Of a stretch of 64,000 nucleotides of DNA, positions 53,041 to 64,000 are shown piece by piece. Position numbers and translations under genes: made by a program. How positions within the stretch are numbered: position 1 is the stretch's first letter; each line of letters opens with the position of its first letter. Source of the DNA: Centroscyllium fabricii. Lineage: Eukaryota. Below the pieces are notes generated by a model, which made no database searches, was not told where the DNA came from, and saw only the letters and a program-made list of their open reading frames with translations. The stretch lies in the NCBI GenBank assembly GCA_051313645.2, contig JBNRSN020000005.1, forward strand, positions 148,738,001 through 148,802,000, written 5' to 3'.

Positions 53041-54025
53041 TTTTTATCCATTGATGGGATGTGGGTGTCACTGGCTGGCTAGGCCTGCATTTAGTGCCCA
53101 TCCCTAATTGCCCTTGAGAAGATGGTGGTGAGCCGCCTTCTTGAACCGCTGCAGTCCATATGGTGTCGGTACACCCACAATGTTGTTAGGAAAGGAGTTC
53201 CAGGATTTTGGCCCAGCGACAGTGAAGGAGCGACGATACAGGTCCAAGTCAGGATGGTGTGTGGCTTGGAGGGGAACTTGTAGGTGGTGATGTTCCCATG
53301 CATCTGCTGCCCTTGTCCTTCTAAGTGGTAGAGGTCACGGGTTTGGAAGGTGCTGTTGAAGGAGCTTTGGTGAGTTGCTGCAGTGCATCTTGTAGATTGC
53401 AGCCACAGTGCGCTGGTGGTGGAGGGAGTGAATGTTGAAGGTGGTAGATGGAGTGCCAATCATGTGGCCTGCTTTATCCTGAATGGTGTTGAGCTTCTTG
53501 AGTGTTGTTGGAGCTGCACTCATCCAGACAAGTGGAGAATATTCCATCACACTCCTGACTTGTGCCTTGTAGATGGTGGAAAGGCTTTGGAGAGTCAGGA
53601 GGTGAGACACTCACCGCAGAATTCCCAGCCTCTGGCCTGCTCTTGTAGCCACAGTATGGCTGGTCCAGTTCAGTTTCTGATCAATGGTAACCCCCAGGAT
53701 GTTGATAGTGGGGGATTCAGCGATGATAATGCCATTGAATGTCAAGGGGAGATGGTTAGAGTCTCACTTGTTGGAGATGGTCATTGCCTGGCACTTGTGT
53801 GGTGCGAATGTTACTTGCCACTTGTCAGCCCAAGTCTGAATGTTGTCCAGGTCTTGCTGCATATGGACACGGACTGCGTCAGTATCTGACGAGTCTTGAA
53901 TGGTGCTGAACAGTGTGCAATCATCAGCAAACATCCCCACTTCTGACCTCATGATGGAGGGAAGGTCATTGATGAAACAGCTGAAGATGGTTGGGCCTAG
54001 GACACTGCCCTGAGGAACTCCTGCA
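53041..54025 (-). mobile_element. 5'-truncated LINE of the 10944-12353 family
   Basis: GVPQGSVLGP...FADD; near-identical to 11340-12330; ggtgt duplicated at 53036-53040 and 54026-54030. Confidence 0.92.
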
Positions 54026-54529
54026 GGTGTAGGCACAAACTCAGTGTTTGGATGAAGTATATACAATCAATGGCCCAGTGTTGGATGTGTTGGACTCCCC
54101 CCATTGCAACTCAGGCCATCATCAACTGCAGTGTGCATGGATGCAAATAGCCTCTTCATTGCAAAGCAGGCCCATTTAACCCAGAGGGCTTACTCAGCAT
54201 GCTGGAGTCCCACCTTGCACTAACTGGCCCCATATCGACTCCTGTTCTTGGCAGTCCTGTTTCATCAGTGTTCAATGCCTTTCACTGGTTTACTTCTCGC
54301 CATCACTGTCTGCTGTAGTGTGTTATCTATGGTGGTGTCTACTTCAGTAGGGGTAGTGATAGTTGGTGCTCAGGTGAATGGTGTACCTGGTCTTTGAAGA
54401 GAGCAGCTGGGGCATTATCAACAGTTATGCACACTTATTCATTGAGTACTATATTGTTATTACTTGCACCAATACATACTTGTGCACAATTAGTTTTTCC
54501 ATTGAACAAAAAAGCAGTGGTGATTCGGT

Positions 54530-54895
54530 GTTGGCCAGGCCTCAGTGGGTAGCACTCTAGCATCTAGCCACAGATGTCATCTTTTGGATGAGATGTTAAA
54601 CCAAGGCCCCGACTGCTCTCTCAGGTGGACATAAGTGATCTCATGGCATCATTTTGAAGAAGAGCAGGGGAGTTATCCCCGGTGTCCTGGCCAATATTTA
54701 TCCCTCAACCAACATCACGAAAATAGATTATCTGGTCACTATCACATTGCTGTTTGTGGGAGCTTGCTGTGCGCAAATTGGCTGCAACGTTTCCTACATT
54801 GCAACAGTGACTACACGTCAAAAAGTGCTTCATTGGCTGTAAAGCACTTCAGGACATCCTGAGGCCATGAAAAGCGCTATATGATGCCAGTCTTT
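54530..54895 (+). mobile_element. DeuSINE-like SINE
   Basis: ggatgagatgttaaaccaaggcccc...ccccggtgtcctggccaatatttatccctcaacc; reverse of the 46177 copy. Confidence 0.75.
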
Positions 54896-57800
54896 AGATT
54901 GTTTCCCGTGAGAATCCCTTTCTACAGTACTTTCTCTTCTGCCATCATGGCATGTATAATATGATTTGCATAAACATATTATTTTCACTTCCAGTGCCAT
55001 TCTCCATCCTTGCTAACATTTCCTTGTGTCTTGACAGCATTTTTTTTTGCATATTTCTTTAACAGCTACAACTTTCTTTCACATTACAGTGTGTCCTCTC
55101 CTGCTACATTGGTTCAGCTCCTTTTAACACATTCAACTTCTCCCAGACCTCCAGTCAATTCCTCCCAAGTTCTTGGCACCTTGCTCACTCTTTCAGTGAT
55201 ATATTGCTGCTCTTGATGCCTCATTTCATATCTGAAGGATGTCCTCTCCCACCAAAAAATCTGTTTGCGTTTTGTAATAATGGAGGGTATCAGCATATGC
55301 AGGGCTTCATCAGTAAATCAAGGATTTCACAATTTTTAGCCATTTTCCACCAGATTCGAACACAAACAGCTGGAATAACAAACTCTCTGACATTTATATC
55401 GGTTAGTTGGTGAGGTAGCTGTTTGTTAAGTGGTAAAGGGTCATTATTGGAGGTGCATCTTGATAGCTGCTACTTCTTTTTGTTAACAGTCATAACATCA
55501 TATTCTCGGGAAGTGCTTGCTTCAAAACTGCATGTCCCAGGATTTTGTAAGCGGGCTGTAAATTATGTTCGGAAACAAGCACGTCTCCTGTTTTTCATTC
55601 AAAGGGGAAAATCCAACCCTCAGTTAATTTACTGCCTCGCCTGCTGAGACTCAAACAGTTGCCTTGATGGTAATTTACATCGTTAAGAGAGAAATGGACA
55701 AAGTGACAATTACTGGCAGATCGAATAAATAAAGAAAGAATAAGCTTAAAAGCTGAATATTCTAACATTTTTAGTAGTAATAAAATACAGCCTGTATATC
55801 AATTTCAGCATCAACTTATTTGAATTTGGCTATTGGAAAGGGCAAACTATTTGTTTCGCTAAATTGTCCTTATATTCTTCATTTAATTGCGTACTTATTT
55901 AATTCTTATTTCAGCTTTTAATCTTTCTAATGGTTTTCTGAGTGAATTTTTCAAAATTGTTTCCTATGATTTTGACTATATTTTGTATCTTTCTTCCTGC
56001 CCCGGCCCTTCTTTTTCCCATAATCTTCATTCAAGTTGGCCTTGACATCTAGACTGTCCTCTTCAATGTGAAAAGCTAAATCTTTCAACCAGCATACACT
56101 TCCAGAAGCACCATCAACGCCACTCCCAAGTTGATTCACTTGCAGTAATGCATTTGTGTACAGGAAGAGACATTTTCCATGGTCAATTTACCCTGCTCCA
56201 GAACCAGGCGAATCCAGGTCAAACTTACATAGAGTTGCATAGAAAGTACAGCCCAGAAATAGGCCATTCGGCCCAACTGGTCCATGCCGGTGTTCATGTG
56301 CCAGCTCACCCTATCAACTTATTCCTTTCTCCCGCATGTGCTTATCTAGCTTCTCTGCTTATTCCCTAGGGGAAACCCAAGTGTGACTGTAATTCAAGGC
56401 TGGGTTTCAAACCTGCAACTGCTAACCATTGTGCCACCATGCCGCCCAAATGACACGATGAGCCAAATGGCCTCCTTCTGTGCTGTAAATGTCTATGATT
56501 CTATGAAATGGTATGCACTGACAGTGAGATACGGGTTTCTGTGGATGAAACATTCCAGGACCAAAGCTGCTGTTCACTTCTTTACAGAGTAAACGCAACT
56601 GATTCTATACTTTAATACAAAAAGCCGCACTGGTTCGACGCAGAGGAAGATTTGTACATAGTTAATATAGAAATCCATTTTTGTTTGATGCATTTTCTTG
56701 CTCATTGAGCATCTTTGCTTGCTTACACTGGTGTGTAGAAATGTACAAAAAGTTAAACAGCATTGCATCTTTTAAAAGTATAGATTTTCCTTTGGCCATT
56801 TTGTAATCCAGACAGGGCCTGCTGAAACCCTGTGTCACTTTGGACAAGAGTTTGATTCTTTTGGAGAAAAAAAGGGTATAATTTGTTTTACAAAACACCC
56901 TATTGCATGGAGAAAACAGCTTTCTTCAGTATCTCCGCTCTGAGCTTTTGTCCCATGGACAAGGGAAAATTTTAGAGGCTTCAAAAACTGATTTGTACTC
57001 ACCCTCCTTTAAGTGCAAGCTTTCCTGTGCTCCCACTGATGGAAAGGCCGATAGTACAAATCTTCCCTTTCCATTTGTGGCAGTGCGAGAATGAGGCACA
57101 TTGTTTCTCTATTCAAAAGGCTAAGGTTTGCTGAAATGTTACAAATGTTTTTAATACCATTGCTTCTGTGGCATTTCATTGTAGCAGCATTGTATTAATA
57201 AAGTTGCTTTGAATACAACAGTTGTCAAACATCGAATGGAAAGCAGCATTTAATTTTTTTCAACTGTAATTACACTTAGTAGGAACTGGGCAGTGAAACA
57301 AGGATTATATTTTTAATTCAGTTTGTTGTGAGAAAGCATCAGTTTATACGGCTTCCCGTCTCACTCCTCCCTAAAAGATAGATAAACATTTTGTGCATTT
57401 TTTGAGATCACATTAGAGAGTGACTGTAGCAGAAATTGTAATAAACTGCGATGGAATCCAACATTTCTTGCATGGTCGCCTGTATAATGTGGAGATAGCT
57501 GTGTGAAAAGGGAAGGTGCCCAGCATCTAAGACCCAACACAATGAAAATGCAATGAATCGGAATGCCTCACAGATCATAGCGGAATCGGAATCTCCAGCA
57601 AGGAAAATCTTTTCATGGTGAATTAAGTGGTGGAGGAGAAAAATAATGATGAAAAAAGGTATGCTCAGTTTCACAAATGCTGCACCCGGAGCTCTGCGGT
57701 GGAAGATTTAAGAACCTTAGTGAAGGCTATGAAGAATAGAACGTGGAAAATTGAATTTACTAAACAATTAAGCATTGAATTAGCCTGCATCCAGTATTGG

Positions 57801-60383
57801 AGAGAGAGAAAGGGAGGAGGGGGGAGGGGAAAGGAGTAGGAAGAGACGAATAAATCGGAGCAGCTCATTAAGGGATGGTGAATATGTCAGCCCAGTTGTG
57901 TGGTAGAGGATAGTTGCCAGTGAATCATTGCACAGTTCTTTTAAGCAACCTTTCCTGAAGTCACACACTTAATCTGGTTAATAAAAGCTTTTCTGCTGAG
58001 ACCAGTCTGTTTCTCCATATTTTCTCATATTATATCCAGCTTTTCTATTAATTACAAGTTGTATTGCCAATCAACAAGAGTAGTAAAGGACAGAATAAAT
58101 GGAATGAAAGTGCCCTGGAGATGTCACTTCTAGGATCTGATGTATCCCGGAACTCCCATGGGTCTGTGCAACCTCCCACATGCCTTGCTGGTCTTTTGTT
58201 CAATTACAGTTAATGCAATAGTTTGCCATTTTCTCCTTCTAATTATATTTTCAAGTGGGATTTGTACCACATAGAAAAACATCCTTTTACATGTTGAGGC
58301 ACCAGGGCTTTGTGCCTGGTATTCTCAGTCCCCTGAGTGCTGTACTATTCTTTCTACAGAGCTCTGAATAAACAAGTCCCCCTTTTAAAACCTGCAATGG
58401 TGCAAGCTGACAATAAATACTTTAACCCTGCACACACTGAATATGTGTTCGAGATTACAGCTCGCAGCTTATTTTCAATTGCTTTCAGTGTCAAATCTTT
58501 CAGTGATATTTTTGCCACCTGTTAAATTTCTTATGATCATTAGCAGTCTTTAAAAAAAAACAGTGTGCTGGAGCACTTGTAAAATGAAAAATGAACATCA
58601 TGTTTAGTGATCAAACATCCCATGAGGTATAATGCTAAGATTCTTGAATCAGCAATAACAGCAATTAAAAGCCTCCCATAAAGGCTCTGTTTCTCCTTTG
58701 TGACAACAGCACTTGATATTTATAACATTGTTGCCATCTCCCCTTTCCACGCTGCACAAATAGAGTTTGTCCCCAAGGCAAGCACCAAACTATGTTTGAA
58801 CCTGGGTCAGTATTTTCATCCCCCTACTCCCCGCCTAGCACAGATGCTCGGTAGGCAGTGCTTGGGTTTATGAAGGCAGGCGGACACACACATATACACA
58901 CACACAAACTGGATAGCTGGCAAGACAGTTTCTCGCTACGAGTTGGCCGCAAACAGATCTCTGGATTTGTGGGCAGATAGAAATCTGCCTGGAATGGTTT
59001 TATCTCTGTGGATGGGCTTTTGCATTGTAAGTATGTATATAACAAAAAAAGATCAGCAATAAAGAGAAAAACAGAAGTGACTCCTGGTCCCAACAGGCTA
59101 GAATTCCTGCAAATAAGCAACAGTTCTCAAGGTAAAAAGTCCTGATGTGAACAAAGGGGCCCTTACCTTGAAGGGGTTATATTCGTACATTATTCCAGTG
59201 GGGAGCTCTGGAAATTGCCGCTAAGCACACATATGTGAGCACTATCATTTCCATTAGCTTAAAATTTAAATTTACTCTCCTCAGAGCCTTAACGTTTCAC
59301 ATCAGCGCAAATCAGAGCAGTTTGCACTCAGCTGCTTAATGCATTTGATGGGGGTTCGGGCACTGGGACATCTTAAACTGTGCAGGTAATGGAAGTGTTT
59401 TAAAATACAGTACATACAAGCATGTTGTTATTACGATGTTCTTTTAAAGGGAAGGGAATATTTGTTAGCAATTCAATTCCCTGCCATATTTTTAAAAAGT
59501 GTTTACTTAGCAGAGCAGCTAAAGGGAACAGTTCCTTACCAACATGGTCCCCCAGTAAGAGGGCTTTATTGTGTCACTACTCATCCTTTTCATAGATACT
59601 GTAGAACATTTTTTTCAAAGTAATAAAAACTACCTGTGACAATGAAATACTGAATAGGGTTGTTGAGTATTTTGAAATACAGCTTAGATTTGTCCAAGTG
59701 CATGACACAAGAAATTCGAAATCATCTAAATTAACACAGGATTCAATTTATACCATATAGTAACTTACTTTCTTTATAAATATGTTATGAATATACTGGC
59801 CTGTGTGTATTTAGTGACTGTGGTCAGGGATATTGAGAGTGGGAGCTCTGAAAGGAAATTAATACAGCTTACATCATAGAAGTGCAATGTTTTAGTGACT
59901 TTTCAAAAATACTTCAATTATTCACCCTTAAGCTGACTTTGGACGCCATGCGTAAGTTTACCCTTTACATATAAAAGCCCATCCAGGATGGCCTGCAACA
60001 TATTGCTGCATTTTAAAAGCTTGTCCTGAAAGCTAATTAGATTGTTTTGGTCTGGTGACAAAGTACAGGTTTGGGAGGAGAGCTAGCCATAATTATATTT
60101 TTTATCCTCCCAGAATTTAATTTACAGCCAATTTCTTTCCTATCTGATTGTAACTTTGAAACATACCCAGTGATAAGAAGCAACATCTGTTTTCTGCTCA
60201 CTAGTACAAGGTGGTCGGGTATGGGGCTGAGTGTACAGAGTCCATGTGAGCCCTTGTTTCTTTATATCCCAGACCTGGTCCGTTTGCTACATACCGATCG
60301 ACAAACAGCTGACTCTGTGTGACCCAGTATGGCCCTGATTTTATCATGAAGCAAATTTTAAGCCTCTTGCCCACCCACTCTTT

Positions 60384-61218
60384 GGGGGGTATTTTCATGT
60401 CCCCGTGAGGCGGGGTTTTGGGCGGCCCGGCCGGCAAAATAGCGGAATCGGCGGGTCCCGCCCCTCCCTGCCGGATCCCCGCCGCTTTCTCATTTTCCTT
60501 CCCCCAGATTCCCCGCCCCGAAACCTTCCCGCCGCCGACCAGTGGGGATGGGTTGTCACCTCGTTAAGGGCCCTTAATTGGCATCTTTAATGCCATTTTA
60601 AAGGCCCTCAGCCATTTTGCGCTGTTTTCCGCCCTAACCCCGCCACCTTAAACCCCGCTGGGTGAAACCCAGCGGGAGCACAGCACTGGTTATAACTTCT
60701 GGACTATAACCTGGTGTTGTGTGAGTTCCAGAATGTATTACTTTCTCCTTTAAGGTGTGCAGGACATGCTGCCAAATGCTTGGCATGCCTCCAGCACCTT
60801 AGAGGAGATAGTAACTCCGTTCTGCCTTCAATATCAGCTGAGACCAGAAACTGAGCAATCTCAGTTCTCACCATGTCCTCACAGCCGGCCGAGCTGTGAG
60901 AGATTGAGAGCCCGCCCGCCCACCTGTCAGTCACCAGCACTTGGCCTTTCCCATTGGCTCCACTCCACTGTGATGTCACAGTGGAGTGTTGCCATAGGAA
61001 CTGACAACAACCAGTGCTGGAACTGTCAATCAAAGTGCTCGCAGCTCCGCCGCAGCCCGACTCAATTCACCTAATTACCTCCCGCTCCCGCCGACGGGGA
61101 TTTAACAGCCTCATTAAACTAAAATTGCGTGGGCTTCGCAGCTGGTTGGGCGGGCGGGACCGGAAGCTGCCCAGACCAATCCCCGCCAGGTTCCCGCCCT
61201 TCCGGAAAAATTCCCCCC
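60384..61218. mobile_element. Non-autonomous Harbinger-family element, second copy
   Basis: Colinear with 6068-6855; TIRs GGGGGGTATTTT / AAAATTCCCCCC; carries a ~37-bp extra insert at 60699-60735. Confidence 0.88.
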
Positions 61219-61465
61219 AGCTCATGCAGCTTTATAGCATAATCAATCTTAAATACTGTTAACCGTATTGCTGCTATGGGCAACATACATCTTTGATGCT
61301 AAATTAACATGCTCAAAATTAAAGGATTATCACCCCCTCCATAGTTTAACTTCACCATACGTGTTCAGTTTTATTGTTGCAGTAGGCTTGCTTTCCTGAT
61401 GTAATATCTTTTGTTGCTGCTTTCGAATGGCAAATATGCTTTTGAGTATGAGGATGTCCACAGGA

Positions 61466-62675
61466 ATGAACATAGGAACAGGAGTAGGCCATTCAGCCCC
61501 TCGAGTCTGTTCCACCATTCAACTAGATCGTGGCTGATCTATACTTTGGCTCCGTAACCCGTAGGGGGTAAAATTCAGCATCGCCCCACTTGGGGCGCTA
61601 AATTTTAAAAGTTTCAAAATTAGCGCCAGGTGCTAATGTTTTTCAACTTCTAAAAAATGTGGTTTAGCGCTCCAGGAAGGAAGTGGAGCACTAAATCAAA
61701 TGCTTCACTTCCTTCCTGGAGCACATCAGGCAGCAGGCGGGGCGGTAGGTGAGCAGCACTGCACAATGAGCCGCACAGCACTGCCGCTTTGGAAGGCTCC
61801 GTCCCTCTCTTAAAGGGAAGGTTCATTGTTGCAGGCTCTGCAGGGGAAAACTTACCTGGTCCTCGATGGCAACCGCGATCCCGCCCGACCAGCCCGATGC
61901 ACTGCAGCAGAGTGCCAGGCTGATCGATGGCTGGTGAAGAAAAGTGAAAATAAAATCAGAAAGAGCATTTGAGAATTTTTTCCACTTACCTCAACCACCT
62001 CACCTTTACGTATCACCCCCAAAGTGCTCGGCCTCCCGATGAATGCCTCCTGCAGCTGCCGGTTTTGTCGCCCGGTGATGCTGCAGGGGACGGAACCGAA
62101 GTTTGGGTCCGGGGTGCTACCGGGGTGATGGACACAGTGATGATGTCATGATCTCTGGGCGAAGGAGATCGGGGCACAATGCCATACTGCCACTGCAAAC
62201 CTCCCGCCGAACATAGCAGGAGGCGATCATTGTCGCCGCGCCTGGTTGGTAAGTGATTAGTGCCCCGTTATCGCCCCTAGAGGTGATAATGGAAGGCACT
62301 AAAGTGCCCAATTTCTAGCCCTTAATCCCCCTTGCCTAACAAAAATCTATCAATCTCAGTTTTTAAATTTTCGATTGACCCCCAGCCTCAACAGTTTTTT
62401 GTGGGAGAGAGTTCTAGATTTCCACTACCCTTTGTGTGAAAAACTGCTTCCTGACATCACCCCTGAATGGCCGAGCTCTAATTTTAAGGTGATGCCCCCT
62501 TGTTCTGGACTCCCCCACCAGAAGAAATAGTTTCTCTCTATCCACCTTATCAAATCCTTTAATCATCTTAAACACCTCAATGAGATCACCCCTTAATCCT
62601 CTATACTCGAGGGAATAAAAGCCTGGTCTATGCAACCTGTCCTCGTAATTTAACCCTTTTAGCTCCAATATCATT
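61466..62675 (-). mobile_element. CR1 LINE 3' end interrupted by a MITE
   Basis: ORF 62414-62674 LKGLNYEDRL...LRGDLIEVFKMIKG...SRTRGH...FFTQRVV; 3' UTR tail at 61466-61560. Confidence 0.88.
61564..62321. mobile_element. Harbinger-like MITE (different family)
   Basis: Imperfect TIRs GGGGGTAAAATT / AATTTCTAGCCC; flanks gta/tta; CR1 sequence resumes on both sides. Confidence 0.7.
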
Positions 62676-62976
62676 AGTCCAGAAAGTTGATGATATGCGA
62701 AACAGCACTAAAGAAACTTTTGTGCAAATGGTAGGTCAGAAGAATCATTTCTGATTAATTTGTCAACACTGTGAGCAGCTTACATGGTAGTCTGCCATAT
62801 CGTTTATTAAAATTTAATTTGTGTGAAAAATGACAGATCATTTCTGGCAACTAGTTGGTTTCACAGTTTACAAAACCAATGAATGTTTATACATGAAGCT
62901 GCACAAACCTTCAGTTTACACAGCAAACGATTGCTTAGTTTAGAGTGCTATTAGTCCTAACTGCGCAGACATTAAA

Positions 62977-63604
62977 GGCCGAATTTTAACTCTGGGCGGA
63001 AACCATCCGGCATCCCACACTGTGAGTCCTGGGAGTTTTAACTCCCAGTTGGCCTCATCTGCCTAGGTCTCTTCAATCTGCTGCCTGAACTCAGCAATAA
63101 GAATTGGCTGTCCTCCGGGCGGGATCGGGATGTTGAGCGGGAGTGGGGTCTCCGAATGGTCGCCGGTACTCAGATAAGTGCTGGGGTTGGGGGGGGTGGC
63201 GAGCGGTGGGGGGGGTGATTTGGAGGGCATCGCAGTCAAGGGAGAAGGGGGAGGGAATCCTGGTGCAAAGGAGGCCCAAGGTTTCCTTGTGGGGCATGGA
63301 TGAAGACTCCTGCTCCATCCGGCACCACAGGGAAATCAAACAAGAAAGAATGCACGTACCTTTCTGGGGCTCTCCTGGCTCCCCCTCCTCTTGTCGGCAG
63401 GTTGGCCTAGTAAGGGAGCCACAGCGGCTTTCCTCCCGCACAGGCAGCAGGTTACAATTGCAGTCGGGCTCTGCTGCTTTCTGGCAGGCATCCAGCTCGC
63501 CTGCTCCGACCTGTGGGGAAGGCAGTGGGATGGCAGCGGGTGAGTCGCCATGGCCATTAGAACTGGCTGCTTTCCAACCGGGCGGGCAGGATTAAAATCG
63601 GTCC
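62977..63604. mobile_element. Harbinger-like MITE (third family)
   Basis: Imperfect TIRs GGCCGAATTTTA / TAAAATCGGTCC with taa near both flanks; GC-rich interior in AT-rich surroundings. Confidence 0.6.
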
Positions 63605-64000
63605 TAAACCGTTTCACGTGCAAAGGCACGGTTGTGTTTTGAGTAGGGATTCCAGGGACAGCGTCACTCAAATGGAGGACTGCAGCCTCTGCTTACAGTT
63701 CTCCCCTTATTTCCTTTGATTCTTTCTGCTGCTCTTAGTCAAAATCTGTGTATTTTCAGCTAGGCGGAGATACAACTGCACCACACCCAAGAAAATGTGA
63801 GTTTCCAATGCTATTGTTCCTTGAAAGTCCCCAAGCTTCACACAAGAAAATGCCACCGATGGCAGGACAACTGCACATCTGCAGTCAGTGGCGCTGTATC
63901 GCCATTTAAGTGCCTAAATTGAACAAATTCACTCTGAATACTATTAACCTATATGTAGCTCTGAATGTCATTTAAACAGCGCACTTGCATAAAGTACCCA

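Noticed and set aside
36634-64000. meis1 exon 7 and homeodomain exons
   Set aside because: I could not find a DHDD...GTPGPSSGG-type exon or homeobox by eye; they are probably beyond the window, though a short exon could have been missed.

Overview
Eukaryotic genomic DNA, most likely from a cartilaginous fish (shark), inferred from HE1/V-SINE-like, DeuSINE-like, CR1, L2 and Penelope-type repeats. The only host gene is the 5' half of meis1 on the + strand: coding exons 1-6 lie at 32732-36633, all GT-AG and in phase, followed by a long intron 6 that runs past the window end (no homeodomain exon seen). Bases 1-22.3 kb and about 45-64 kb are dense with transposable elements, while about 22.3-39.4 kb around the promoter is almost free of them. 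Highlights: (1) a decayed 6.7-kb autonomous PIF/Harbinger transposon (spliced Myb/SANT gene plus a convergent DDE transposase split by a LINE) joined in inverted orientation, through one shared TAA, to its own non-autonomous derivative; (2) tiny Penelope-derived insertions with target-site duplications (TSDs), two carrying minimal hammerhead-ribozyme motifs (retrozyme-like); (3) candidate meis1 control elements: a consensus DR2 retinoic-acid element, a PBX-MEIS decamer followed by a 7-codon uORF, and a stop-free in-frame intron 1. Family names and comparisons to human MEIS1 are from recollection, not database searches. Nothing here proves a new biological system.
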